Source: the human T2T-CHM13v2.0 reference genome, Homo sapiens
Length of the DNA stretch: 64,000 nt
Assembly: GCF_009914755.1 (NCBI RefSeq)
Contig: NC_060947.1
Direction: 5' to 3' (one strand)
Under the pieces are notes generated by a model. The model ran no database searches. It had not been told where the DNA came from and saw only the letters and a list, made by a program, of their open reading frames with translations. This document shows positions 1-15,872 of the stretch, piece after piece. A program made the position numbers and the translations under genes. Within the stretch, counting starts at the first letter, position 1; each line of letters begins with the position of its first letter.

Positions 1-489
1 CTTTCCTTCCATGCCTCCTCCCTCTCCCCTTCCCCAAGCAACCCCTGGTTCACTTTCTGTCAATACATTAATTTGTATTTTCTTAAGTTTTGTGTAAATA
101 GAACTATATGGTATGCAGTGTTTTTTGGCTGGCTTCTTTCACTCAGTAAAATTATTTTAAGATTCATCCATGTTGTTGTGTGTATCAACAGTTCATTCCT
201 TTTTATTGTTGAGTAGTAATACATGCTATGAACATACCACAATTTGTTCACCCATTCACCTGTTGATGGACATCTGGGTAGTTTTGACTTTTTGGTTACT
301 ACAGACAAAGTTGCTATAAACATTCACATACATGTTTTTTATGGATATATGCTTTCTTTTTTCTTGGGTAAATACCTAGAAATGGAATGGCTGAATAATA
401 CGTTAGCTATATGTTCAATTTTTAAAGAAATTTCCGAAGTAGTTGTGTCATTTTATATTCCTACCAGCAGGATATAAGAATTCCAGTTT

Positions 490-901
<412 letters not shown>

Positions 902-2276
902 CTAATGATGTTGAGCATCTTTTCACATGTGATTTTTGTTGTTTTTTGTTTTTGTTGCAATCCATGTATCTTCCTTGGTAAAGTGTCTATTTAAGCCTTT
1001 TGCCCACTTTTTTATTGAGTTGTTTGTTTCTTATTAGGTTTTGAGTGTTCTTTATATACCCCGCACACAAGTCTTTTATGATATGTATGCTTTGCAAATA
1101 TTTTCTCCCAATCCATAGCTTGACTTTTCAGCCTCTTAACCATGTCTTTTGAAGAGCAAACGTTTTCATTTCTCACAAAGTCTTTTATATTTTTTCTTTC
1201 ATTGGCTGTGCTTATTGTGTTGTATCTAAGTGAATGTTCCCTAATCAAAGGTCACAAAGGTCTTCTCCTGTTTTTTCTTTGAAAATCTTTATAGTATTAG
1301 CTTTACATTTAGGTCTATGATACACTTTGAGTTAATTTTTGTGTATGTATGTTGTGAAGTTTTATGGGTTTTTTTTTTTTTGCATATGGATAGCCACTTA
1401 TTTCAGCAGCATTTGTTAAAAAGACAATGCTTTCTTCATTGAATTGCCTTTGAATATTTGTCAAAAATCAGATGTCCACATATGTAAGTCTATTTTGGAC
1501 TGTGTTCTGTTCCACTGACCTATTTGTCTATTGTGATGGCAGTACACATTGTTTTGATTACTGTACCATTATAACAGACTTGAAATCATTGTTGTGCCCC
1601 CAAATTTGACCTTCTTTTTCAGCCTAGTTTTGCCTATTCTAGGTTTTTTGCATTTCCATCTGCATTTTAGGATTAACTTGCCAATTTTTAAAAAATAACA
1701 AACTGGGATCTTAATTGAGATTGCATTGACTCTATAGAACTATTTTGGGAGAATTAAGCTCTTAATAATACTGAGTCTTCCAACACATGACCAAAGTATG
1801 CTGTTCCATTTATTTAGGTCTTCTTTCTTCTTTCAGTTATCTCAGCAATAACTTTCAGTGTACAGGTCTTACACATCTTTTGTAAGCTTTATTCCTAAGT
1901 ATTTATCTCTAAGTATTCCTAGGTGTTTTCGATTCCTAAGTACTATTATAAATGGTATTGCTTTTGAAATTTTAATTTTTAATTATTCATTACTAATACA
2001 GAAAAATATAATTGATTTTTTGTATATTGATCTCATAACCCACAATCTTGATGAACTCATGCATTAGTTCTAGTAGCTTCTTAGTGGATTCCATCAGATT
2101 TTCTACATAGGCATTCATGTTGTCTAAGAATAAATATAGTTTTAATTTTTCCTTTAGGATATAGATGCCTTTTATTTCTTTTTCTTGCCTGATTACACTG
2201 GACAGAACCTCTAATAGAATGTTGAACAGAAGTGGTAAGAGTGGACACTCTTGTCTTATTGCAGATCTTAAGGAAT

Positions 2277-2636
2277 GTCTTAATACGTTTTGTGCTACTA
2301 TAACAGAATACCACCGGCTGGGTAATTTGTAATAAACAGAAATTTATTCACTCACAGTTTTACAAGCTGGAAGGTCCAAGATTGAGGGGCCAGTATCTCA
2401 TAAGGACCTGTTTGGTAAGTCATTCCATGGCAGAAGGGCAAAGAGAGGCAGGAAAGAGCAAGAGATCAAACTTGCAGTCTCAAGCCCTTTCATAATTGGC
2501 ATTAATCCATTCATGAGGGTGGAGCCCTCATGACCTAAACACCTCCCATTAGGCCTTACCTCTCAACACCATTGCACTGGGGATTAAGTTTTTAACATAT
2601 ATTTTTGTGGGGTAAGGGCACCTTCAAACCATAGCA
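2277..2636 (-). mobile_element. MaLR solo LTR (MLT1A/MSTD-like)
   Basis: tgtcttaat...ataacagaatacc...attcatgagggtggagccctcatgacctaa...caaaccatagca; TG...CA ends; splits the L1. Confidence 0.8.
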
Positions 2637-2803
2637 GGATAAAAACATTCTGTCTTTCACCATTAAATATGATGCTACCTATGTATTTTTCATAGTTGCT
2701 CTTTATCTAACAGATAAAATTTCATTTAATCCTATTTTGTTTAGATTTTTATGAGAAATGGATTTTGGAAATTGTCAAATGATTTTCTGCATCTATTAAA
2801 ATC

Positions 2804-2830
<27 letters not shown>
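2804..2830. repeat. (GT)n microsatellite
   Basis: Direct reading. Confidence 0.95.
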
Positions 2831-2834
<4 letters not shown>

Positions 2835-3339
2835 AATTTGTTAGTATGATGCTTTTTAGTGTTAAATTAGCTCTCCATTACTGAGATAAGCCAAACTTTG
2901 TTGTGATGTACTACCCTTTATATATATTGTTGGATTCAATATTCTGAAGTTTTAAAATTCTTGCCTCTAGATTCATGAGAGATATCAAACAGTAGTTTTC
3001 TTTTTTTCTGATGTTTTTGTAAGGTTTTGGTATCAAAGCGATACTGGCTTCATAGAATGAGTTGAGAACAGGTCTCTCATCTTCTAATTTCTGGAAGAGT
3101 TTTTGTAAAATTATTTTTCCCTAAATGTTTGGCAGAAATCACCATTAATCACGTTTTAATATAAAAACTAAAAATGAACAAGTATAAGAAACAAATTAAA
3201 GAATTTTAGTGATTTAATAGATGTTTAAATACAGCTATAACTTTTCTAAAATCTGTCCTTTGGGATCACTAATTTTTGCTGTGTTTAATTTGGCTGAAAG
3301 AAATTTCTCCTTATCCATATGTATTTTTAATAGATGCAT

Positions 3340-3720
3340 TGACATAAAGTATATATAGCATAACATTTATCCATTTAAGATATACATTTCAGTGTTTTGT
3401 AGTATATCCAGAGTTGAACAATAATAACCATAATCAATCTAATTTTAGAATATTTTCATCAACTCCAGAAGAAACTGTACCTATTAACAGTCACTCCCAT
3501 TAACCCCTCTCCAGTTCCTGGCAACCACTAATCTACTTTCTGTCTCTATGGATTTGCCTGTTCTGGATATTTCATATAAATGGAATAATATATGTAGTCC
3601 TTTGTGACTGGCATCTTTCACTTAGCATAATGTTTTCAAAGCTCATCCATGCTGTAGCTTATATTAGTACTCCATTCCTTTTTATTGCCTAATAATATTC
3701 CTTTGTAAGGACCACATACA
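3340..3720 (-). mobile_element. L1MB-type 3' UTR fragment
   Basis: ggcaaccactaatctactttctgtctctatggatttgcct...tcatataaatggaat, typical L1MB 3' end in antisense. Confidence 0.75.
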
Positions 3721-4556
3721 TTTTAAGAAAAATACTTCCAACTTATATTAGATATACTTATGCTGTAGGAAAATCTAAATTTTTCAGTCAAAGAATCTGC
3801 CATTTTCAGTTAAGATGGTGGGCTCTTAAGGATACTAGGAACCTAATTACATTAATAATGATGAATAAAATCTAATTTTTAAGCTAAAAACCATAACACA
3901 GATTACAGTGACAATTGCACAACTCTGTGAATATACTAGAGGCCATTAAATTGTAACTTCAACTATGAGTTATATGAATTATATATCCTTAAAGTTGTTT
4001 TTCATAAAAAAAGATATAACAGATACAAACCTGTTCACCAAAGAGGGAATGGAAACATACAGCAATGAGCAAGAGGCTGAAGCCACAGGCTTTTTGGGCT
4101 TTGGGACCAAAAACATGATATGGTGTTAGAAAGTGAACTCAAGTGGGACAAACAGAGTTTTTGAGCATCTACTTATAAGAGGTGTTGAAACCTAGTTCAC
4201 TAGGTGAAATGAGGGGTGGGAGTGGGAGTAATGAGTTGGGCATTCTTCTCTTCTCTGATAAATCCACCACTGCCCAGGGATATAAGCAATAACCAGCTGC
4301 CTGCTTGGGGTGGCAAGAAAGAGTAATGACAACTCTGCAGCAGGGAATACAGTCAAGCTATGCACTGAAGTGGAATTGATATAGAAAAAGAGCAGTGGGC
4401 TGCTATAGATGAGTTGGGTCTAAACTGGGGACCCTGGGGGCCTGATGGCAGCAACCTCAAAACTGTAAATGTGGAGTGGAAAGCATGAAAGATAGAAAAA
4501 AGATATCCCCACTCAAGGAAACTTACGAAGTGTAATGTCAAGTATGTAAAAGAAAT

Positions 4557-5162
<606 letters not shown>

Positions 5163-5199
5163 CTAAGTCTAACCTTAGCTCTAACCTACCTAAATGATG

Positions 5200-5637
5200 G
5201 ATTAATTTTCTCTGGCTACTGTAAGAATTTACCACAAACTTCGAGGCTTAAAACAAAAAAAAATTATTTTCTCATAGTTCTGGAGCCCAGAAGTCAAAAA
5301 TCAAGGTATTGATAATGCCGTACCCCCTCAAAGGCTCTAGGAGAGAATCTTGCCTTGCCTCTTCTAGTGTCTGGTGGCTTCTAGTGTCTTTGATCTATGA
5401 CCACATAACTCTAATATCTGCCTCCATCTTCACATGTTCTTTTCCTTTTCTTCCTATGTTTGTCCTCTGTGTGTCTCTTATAAGGATACTTGTTATTGGA
5501 TTTAGGGCCCACCCAGATAATCCAAGATGATCTTTAAAGATACCTTTTTTTTTTTTTTTCAAATAAAGTCATTCACAGATTCTGGGGATGAGCACATGGA
5601 TATATCTCCTTGGAGGCCACCATTCAACCCACTATAA
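5200..5637 (-). mobile_element. MaLR LTR (MLT1B/C-like)
   Basis: taccacaaactt...ggcttaaaacaa...aaggatacttgttattggatttagggcccaccc...ttcaacccactata. Confidence 0.75.
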
Positions 5638-6850
5638 GGGGAGACTAAAAGGAATAGCAGAGTGGCAATATTTTTAAAATACTGACTATTTTTTCAGAAT
5701 TGAAGAAATACAAGAATTTTCACATAGAAAGTACACACCAACAGGCAAAAAGGATAAATAAAAATGATTCTACATGTACACACATCACAGTGAAAATGAG
5801 GGACATTTAAGAGTTTGATCTTAAAAGCTACCAGACAGACTAGACTATCTATAGATAAATGATTATACTGACAGCAAATTTTCATCAGCTATACTATATG
5901 TCAGGAAACAATGAAATAAAATTGTGAAGGAAAAGGACTTCCAACATAAAATGTATCTTCATTTAAACTATCATTCAAAATTGATGATTGATTAAATTTT
6001 TTTCATACATACAAATATAAAAGAACAGATTTGCACACAAATACGTGCTTTAAAAATAATTAAAACAGGTACTTCAGCAAGAAGAAAAATAAACCCAGAA
6101 TTAGGAGATAAGGTGGAAGAAGAAACATGAAATGAAAGAAAGTTGAGATGAAAGATAAAAGAAATCAGAAAATATGCTGCTAAATCTAATTATCTGATGA
6201 CTGGAAATCACTAATTTTTATGATTAAACAAAAAGTTGGAGACAAAAAGACATAGGATGGAAAAAGAAAAATGGAAACAAAAAAATCTAGAGGATAAAAA
6301 GATGAGGAGAGAGAACGGAGGAAGATGGGGGAGAAAGAAAATCCTCTTTGAAAGCATCATAGAAAAAATGTCCTACAAATGTGAAAAACATTTGGTCCAG
6401 CCATTTCACTTCTAGAAATTTATCCTAGGAAAATAATTAAGACATATGTAAAAATTTGGTTCCACGAGGGTGGCCCTTATTGGATCAAGATCTAACAAAA
6501 GAAAATTTAATAAATAAATTATAAAATATTAAGACAGTAAAATATTATATAACACTTAATATTTTATATAAATGCTTGGCATGTGAATATTTTTCTGATG
6601 CATTGTTAAGTAAAAGAAGACTGTTTACAAAACAATATTGACCATATGATCCCATTAAAAAAATAGGTGCATGTATGCATTGTAAAATATCTGAAAGTTT
6701 CCATGCCAATATGGTTAATACAGTGATGGGATTGTTTTTTAAATGTTAATCAATATGCTTATCAATCTGCATTTCTATTTTTACAATGAATATATGTTGC
6801 TTTTGTAATCATATTTATTTATGGGGAGCAATTCTTAGAGGAAAGGGGGG

Positions 6851-7310
6851 TATATTAGTTTTCTATTGCTGTACAGCAAAATACCACAACTTTAGCAACT
6901 TAACAAAAATAACATTTATTTCTATGGGTCAGGAGTTTGGGCATGGACTAGTTGGGTTCTCTGATCATCATCTCACTAGGCTGAAAGCAAGGTGTTGGCC
7001 AGGGCTGCGGTCTCTTCTAAAGCTTTGTGCTCTCTTCCAAGATCATGTGGTTATATAGATAGCGTTTGTTTTTTTGCAACTGTTGAACTCATGGTGACTG
7101 CCTTCAAGGCCAAGAGAAAGCATGTCTGCAGCTTCTGTTTGTCTCCTTTAAGGGCTAACCTGATTAGGTCAGACTCACCCAGGGTAAACTCCCTTTTGTT
7201 TGACCCAAAGCAACTGATCAGGAACCTTAATGGCATCTGCAAAATCTCTTTTGCCATCATATCCCCAAGCCCCACCCATAATCAAGGGGAGAGTATTTGA
7301 TCCCCTAAGA
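6851..7310 (-). mobile_element. MaLR LTR (MLT1D/E-like)
   Basis: tattagttttctattgctg...accacaactttagcaacttaa...gggctaacctgattaggtcag. Confidence 0.65.
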
Positions 7311-7887
7311 TTCTGCGCTCTTCTTTCCTAACTGAATAAACTGGAAAATGTTAATTCTTCTTCACAGTTCACTATTTAAAATGTGCTTCAGTAATGAACC
7401 TCTAGGAGATGTCTTTTTTTATTCCATAATTCCACCTCCCAGTTTGGTGTGGGGAACCTAGCTGTTTCAATACAAGCAGGGTATTCGTTCATTTATTTAT
7501 TTATTTTTGCAGGCTAAAAGCTGTATTGCCAAAAGAAATAAATCAAATACAGCCTTTTGAAAATTGAACCTATTATGCTAAGCTGATGTATTCTCACAGA
7601 GGAAAAGAGCATAGCACTTGGAACTAATGGAATTGGCTGAGCACCTGGGTTTTTAAAAGGCCATGGACCATTTCCTGGCTGACCCTCTCATGGCAGTAAA
7701 TTGTAGTGGCATCTGAGTAATACAGACACATATTCTTGACATATACTAGTCACAATCATAACGTTTTAGGTAGTATTTATTATGATTTTTTTTCGGCTTG
7801 AAATGTGCAGAACACATACTCAGAAATGAAATGTAATATTGGATTATTTTTTCAAAATTGATTGGGGTAGTAGAAGGTAACCAGAAT

Positions 7888-7900
7888 GTTCCCTAGCAAC
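7888..7900. promoter_or_regulatory. Candidate RFX X-box
   Basis: GTTCCCTAGCAAC matches the RFX palindromic consensus GTTNCC(N)NRGCAAC, in apparently non-repetitive DNA. Motif match only. Confidence 0.35.
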
Positions 7901-9649
7901 AATAACATTAGCTGATTTATGAACATTAGCGGATTTATGAACATTACCATTAGCCAGCAGAATCAGACAAAGCAGCCTTGATAAAATTTAAGCTGACAGG
8001 AATGCCATATTTTTGAACACCAACTTATTAGGACCAAGAAAACAAAAGGTTCAACCAATCATCCCTTTAATTTAGGCAGTCGTTACACAGGGCTTTTCTA
8101 TTGTTTTCTTTCTTCATTAGTAACTTACAACTTGGACCTGGGAACTTAATTACATCTTAGACTATTAATTTTCAAAGAAGTCTAGTAGTGTTTTGAAAAC
8201 ACTTATCCACAGAAATTATTAGGATGCTTGAACCTTTCATTTATAGTTGTTAAGGGAAAGTGCCTGATGAAATTTTGGATAATATTTACAAAGCTGCTTT
8301 GCTGTCCTGTGGATAGAGATGCTTATGTGTATTGATATCAAATCATGTTCAAATTAGCCAAATTAAAAATAGTTTGTTTTCATGCACAACTCATATACAT
8401 GTGGGAGTGCTCAGTTATGAGTACCTGAAAGGGAAGCTTAGAGTCTGTGGCTTACATATCTCACTTAGTAGGGGAAAGGGAGAGGTGAAAGGGCTTCTAT
8501 GGGAAGAACAAATAGATTTCTTTAGGAAAGATAAATAGGCTTCCAGAGAAAAAATAGGAGATAAGAAAGTTTGTGATAATGTTTATCTATGCAGGTACAA
8601 ATGGTCTTTCTATCTCCTTCATATCCATGAAACTCCCCAAGAGAGAGGATTTATGGTAGGTTTAGTCTTAGTTTTTCTCCTGGTAACGGAAACCACCCCA
8701 AGGAGGGAATTTATGGCAGTTTTCATTTCTCAGAAATTTCTTCATCATAGAAGAAAAGCTCTAAGAAGGCTTGTTTCTGTATCTATTGAATCTCAAGTAT
8801 CTTCAGCATAAAATAACCTTTATAACAACTCTGGGGTTCTCAGTGAAAGCCATTTTGGAATGGAGTGTGTTCAGGCATTAAAAGTCAGAGCACTACCAAT
8901 TATACCTCAATAAAGCTGTGGGGAAATGCCATAGAAGGTATTTTCACTCTAAAGGAGTTAGGCAAATAGAGCAAGAATGTATACAAATAATTGGGCAAAG
9001 CACGTTGTGTATCAGATACTCATGAAAACTGAAGGCAACATTTTTTTATTGTCCCTCTGTTCAATAATAGTGATATCAGGCACACTTTCCTATCCTTAAA
9101 CTGAGACCAGGCATTGAAATTTAGCTACTCACCTCAGGAATACTTGCTTTTGGAAGATAAAATAGTATGATCATCAAGATTCACTTCAAGATACTCATTA
9201 TTGCTGTGCTCAACAATCCCAGGCTATTATATCGTAAACTCTATCCAATATGTATCAGGTCCCTGCCTTTACGTCACCAAGAAATCACCCATTCCAGGCT
9301 CTAAAACCCCCAAACACCCTATAAAACCCCGTTTCTAATTTATCCATTTTGAGATAATGCTGAGACTATCAAGGTAGTGTTCTCTCCTACCAGAGTAAGT
9401 CTAATAAACTTAGCATTACTTGGCCAATAAGTTTTTCTGGTATCTGTCAAAATTGTGAAATATTGAAAAATAAGCAAAAGATTGCTAGACGTCCTTTGAA
9501 AGCAATGCTAGATATTGTGTAGGGGACCTTTAGGGATTATCTGCCTCTATTAAAGTATATGTTTTTTACTCTCTTTGAGCTATTTTATAATTCTGTATAT
9601 TATAAAAACCGACAACAATGCAAATCATTATATTTTGTAAAATGATTTT

Positions 9650-10253
<604 letters not shown>

Positions 10254-10399
10254 CCAAACATACTTTGTTTCCCTGTGGGTATTGATCAGTTTTGTTTCTA
10301 TCAGGAAATTCATTTGATTACTTATATATTAATAAATGTATGCTCTTTGGATTCTCCTTTGAATCAGTTTGAACATTATTTTTTCATACCAAGTCTTTG

Positions 10400-10510
10400 A
10401 AATCCAGTAATTTTACACTTTCAGCACATCTCAGTTCATACCAGCCACATTTCATGTACTCAATACCCACATTTATCTGGTAGCTATCATAGTGAACACT
10501 GTTGTGCTAG
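10400..10510. mobile_element. hAT-Charlie MITE fragment (MER3/MER33-like)
   Basis: cagcacatctcagtt...agccacatttcatgtactcaata. Confidence 0.55.
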
Positions 10511-12448
10511 CCCTTTCATGTAGGAGTCATAAAGGAGCATTTGGTTGAGTATTTGACAAACTTCTTTTGCTCACTTTCTCATTACTTATTTTAGATAAGT
10601 CTTTTTTACAAGTGTGTTTGAACACAGACATTAACACAACATCCAAGCACATGGCTGAACTATGCAGATCAACAAAACCTTTAATTATTTGTCTCTCTCT
10701 TAGGTAGAGAAACATCTCCATTCAGTAAAAGGCATAGTAGGAGATGAGAAACCATTGCACCAGTCCCTGAAGGTTGACTGCACAGATAACCTTTGCCCCA
10801 TCCTGACACAGTCCTGCCAGATGAGACTGGGGTCCATGCAAGGATTCTGGACCATGACGCTGGCATCTCAGAAAAGCTGATCAAGATAGCTGGCCAAAGG
10901 AGATGTCCAAAGGCAACCTCAATCCCATTACAGTGCCCCAACATTCTCTGTTCCCCAGTACTGATTCTTTTCTATATCACATCCCATAGCTAAAATAAAG
11001 ATTCCTTCTGCTGGCAAGAAGTGGATCACACAATGCTTCACTGAGGGGTTGCACTAAAGCTGGCTCTTGATAGACTTTCAAAAATTGTGCATGAAAAGTT
11101 GGAGGAAATAATATTCCAGAAATAAAAAAAATGAACAAAAGAATGTATAAGCCTAAAAGTAAAGAGGATTGGCTTGATTTTGAATCATTGCTCTAACACA
11201 AACACTACTGTCACTTTCATCCAATTTAGTTATCAATGAGAAATCCCTGTCTTACTACTTCTAGTTTCTTGCTCTCCTGTTCAATAGCCCTATCTCCATA
11301 GCTCATGCTCAGTTAGTTAGCTAGTTGATTATTTTCTGTCTCAAGGTGGGAACATTCCTTTTCATTTCACCCCCTTTCCTCACCACCCCTTATTGAACAG
11401 ATGAAGTTATCTATTGGGCAGCCATTTGATCTCACTCCCTGGTATACAAAAAAAGAAAGACAACTAGATTTGAATTCAGAAGAACTATGTTTATGTCCAT
11501 ATTTTTTTTTCTATGTTGCCTTACATAATAAATTTAACATCTTTGGACTATTTTCTTTGTTTATATAATAGTGATAACAGAGTCTTCCTCACACTTTTGC
11601 TAACATTAAATACAATATGTGAGAATGCCTAGTAATTAGTAAATTTTGATGTTACTTTGTCCCCATTTTTTAAAAGTTTGAGTGGGAAATATTAGCAACT
11701 TACAAAGGCAGGGGCTAAATAATGGATCTTTCTGAGAGGGAGAAAATTTAAGGATTAAAGATATATTTTAATCAGTTAGCTTTTCTTCACTCTAGCAACA
11801 TCAATTTTCTACCTTCTGGAAAGATTGTTTATTTGCATTTATAGTTAGAACTTTGGTGGAAAATGTAAATAATATTAATAAATAAAAATTGATTACATGC
11901 ATCTAAACAACTCTAAGGAACTTGTTCAGGGTCAAAATGGCAGTGGTGTATATATAGTATAGCAGTATCTCAGTTTATCTACCCAAATTGAAGTTGTGGT
12001 ATGACCTGGTGGGTCAACAAGATAAGACTGAGTCTAATAACTGCAGGAAGACTCACAAACTAAAAAGAAAGAAGCTAATAAAAGGCCAAATATCTACACT
12101 CTTGTCAGGATACAGATGGCCATGTTCAATTCTTCTGAATAGTAGTTGTTTTCCTTATGGTTAAAAATCTAATGTCCTTCTACTGAACTATGTGCTTTAA
12201 TTTCTAGGATTTTACATAGACCAGGTTGTTGCTCCAAAAAGGCTTTGTGAAAGAATATGTCAGCTCCCTACTTGCATTTTATTTTCTGCAAAGTATTAAA
12301 AAGCACCATGGACATCTCTATAGCTAGTGCTGGGAACATTAATTTCATAAGAACATGCTAATGTTTCTGAGGTCTCCTTAGCAAAGCCCAATACAAATAG
12401 TATTTCATTGTATTCTTTATTTCTTTGTACCACTTAGAATTTGTTACC

Positions 12449-13780
12449 AGACGGGGTGGGTGGCTCACACCTGTAATCCCATTACTTTGGGGGGCCTGGG
12501 CAGGAGAATCGCTTGAGCCCAGGAGTTCACGACCAGCTCAGGCAAGATGGCGAGACCTCGTCTCTACAAAAAAAATTTTTTTATATATATATATATTTCT
12601 ATTATACTTTAAGTTCTAGGGTACATGTGCACAACATGCAGGTTTGTTACATATGTATACATGTGCCATGTTGGTGTGCTGCACCCATTAACTCGTCATT
12701 TAACATTAGGTATATCTCCTAATGCTATCCCTCCCCCCTCCCCCCACCCCATGACAGGCCCCAGTGTGTGATGTTCCCCTTCCTGTGTCCATGTGGTCTC
12801 ATTGTTCAATTCCCACCTATGAGTGAGAACAGGCGGTGTTTGTTTTTTTGTCCTTGCGATAGTTTGCTGAGAATGATGGTTTCCAGCTTCATCCATGTCC
12901 CTACAAATGACATGAACTCATCATTTTTTATGGCTGCATAGTATTCCATGGTGTATATGTGCCACATTTTCTTAATCCAGTCTATCATTGTTGGACATTT
13001 GGGTTGGTTCCAAGTCTTTGCTATTGTGAATAGTGCTGCAATAAACATACGTGTGCATGTGTCTTTATAGCAGCATGATTTATAATCCTTTGGGTATATA
13101 CCCAGTAATGGGATGGCTGGGTCAAATGGTATTTCTAGTTCTAGATCCCTGAGGAATTGCCACACTGACTTCCACAATGGTTGAACTAGTTTCCAGTCCC
13201 ACCAACAGTGTAAAAGTGTTCCTATTTCTCCACATCCTCTCCAGCGCCTGTTGTTTCCTGACTTTTTAGAGCTTCTGCACAGCAAAAGAAACTACCATCA
13301 AAGTGAACAGGCAACCTATAGAATGGGAAAAAATTTTTGCAATCTACTCATCTGACAAAGGGCTAATATCCAGAATCTACAAAGAGCTCAAATTCACAAG
13401 AAAAAAACAAACAACCCCATCAACAAGTGGGCGAAGGATATGAACAGACACTTCTCAAAACAAGACATTTATGCAGCCAACAGACACATGAAAAAATGCT
13501 CATCATCACTGGCCATCAGAGAAATACAAGTCAAAAGCACAATGAGATACCATCTCACACCAGTTAGAATGGCGATCGTTAAAAAGTCAGGAAAAAAATT
13601 TTTTTTTAATTTAGCCAGGCGTGTTGATGCGTGCCTGTAGTCCTAGCTAGTCAGCAGCTGCGGTGGGAGGATCCCTTGAGCTCAGGAATTTGAGGCAGCA
13701 GTGATCTACAATCGCGGCACTGTACTCCAGCCTGGGTGACAGAGTGAGAACCCCCATCTAGAAAACAACAACAGCAAAAT
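12449..13780 (+). mobile_element. Old Alu (AluJ-like) split at its A-rich linker by an L1
   Basis: Left arm 12449-12575; right arm about 13608-13780. Confidence 0.88.
12583..13591 (-). mobile_element. L1PA (PA4/PA5-like) 3' end with 5' inversion
   Basis: Antisense 3' UTR plus ORF2 C-terminus 12583-13268 (ORF 12806-13285 ends ...SLIGGN); sense-oriented upstream segment 13268-13594; flanking A7-8T7-9 direct repeat. Confidence 0.92.
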
Positions 13781-14102
13781 AAAGTTTGCAACCAGATTAA
13801 ATAAGGATTCAGGACTTAGATATTTTGCACAGCTTTGTAAAGTGTATACAAATGTGAAATTATGAGAGAGACACTTTTCTCCATTCCTGTTCTTCAAATT
13901 GAACTTTCACAAAAACCTGTCCAAATCTATAACAAAATGCTGAATTCAGATTATTTATACATATAATATAAATAAAAATACATTACCTGGTTTTAAAAAG
14001 TGTGGTGTCTGACATGTATATACTTAACAGATTATTTTTCTGCATAAGTGAAATTGGCAAAGTCCTCTATTCAAAGCAATTCATTAATTTCACAATATTT
14101 TC

Positions 14103-14609
<507 letters not shown>

Positions 14610-15872
14610 TTCATAATATTTTCCAGAAATAAAATTACATTGTTCCTGAAACAATGCACTACTTCGTATAGTCAAGTAGTTTTGCATTTTACTAGGATTT
14701 ATAAAAACGTTGTCAATGTTTATAAAATGTATCTTCTACAGGGTTTCAACAATGTTACATGAATTTGCAATGCACAATTTGTGGCAGTGAGAAAAGTTCA
14801 GTGTAAAAACATTGTAGCTAGAATAGAGCCAAAGAAACATTAGTAACAGAGATAGATGCCTTGAGAAGAATGATACCATACTATGTTAACACTGAGCTAT
14901 CCCAATTTAATTTTGATGACAATTACTAAAAATGATATGAGTGAGTTTGGTATAAGAGTCACAGTCATTTAAAAATCTCTGAATATTTGTAGTAATCACC
15001 AGAAAAATGATAAGCAATAGTTTATTCATGTGTTTACTATCCCTTAGGTCACAGTCAATATCCTTGATCAGAATAAAATTGGTTAACATGATTTCTTGGT
15101 TAAGGAAATCCCCATTTGGGAAAATAGGCCCAACAGGGAAATGAAATGAAGGTCAACTGAGGTCCAATTCAGTATTGTTAAGCTGCTATTTTTACTCCTC
15201 CAACAATCTACTACTGAGCTGTCAATCATTAATGGGAGGGGTTACATCTTACCTATCTGAAATTTTGGCAACCAATATAAGGTTATTTTCAGGACCACTG
15301 AGAAGGACCTTGAGACCAGAGGTTTCCAAATTAGACATGTACATCCCAGGGCATGAACAAGACCATGAAGCATGAGAAGGAAAACAGAAAAACTGTTATT
15401 TATATTTTTTATTTCTTTTGTTTTTATTTTTTTAAATTCATTTTATTTTTTAACTTTTATTTTTGGTTCAGGGGTACATGTGCAAGTTTGTTATATAGGC
15501 AAACACGTGTCATAGGGGTTTATTTCTTAAAATCACTTTATCAAGTTACAATTTATGTACCATAACATTCACTGGTTTAAAGTGTGAAAGCCAGTGGTTT
15601 TTACTATATTCAGATTTGTCCAACTATCATCATAATCTAGTTTTAGAACATTTTCATTACTCCACAGATACCTCATTTCTATTAGCAGTCACCCCCATCC
15701 CTTCTTTACCTGATCTCCAGGAAACCACTGATTTACTCTTTATATATAGATTTTCCTATTCTGGACATTTTATATAAGTGGAATCATATAATTAGTTTTT
15801 TATGATGGACTCTTTCACTTAGCAGACCATTTTCAAGGTTAATCCATGTTGTATCAGTACTTCATTGTTTTC

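Noticed and set aside
8250-9450. Possible ERV LTR remnants
   Set aside because: TATA- and AATAAA-like signals are present, but I could not assign family or boundaries with enough support.
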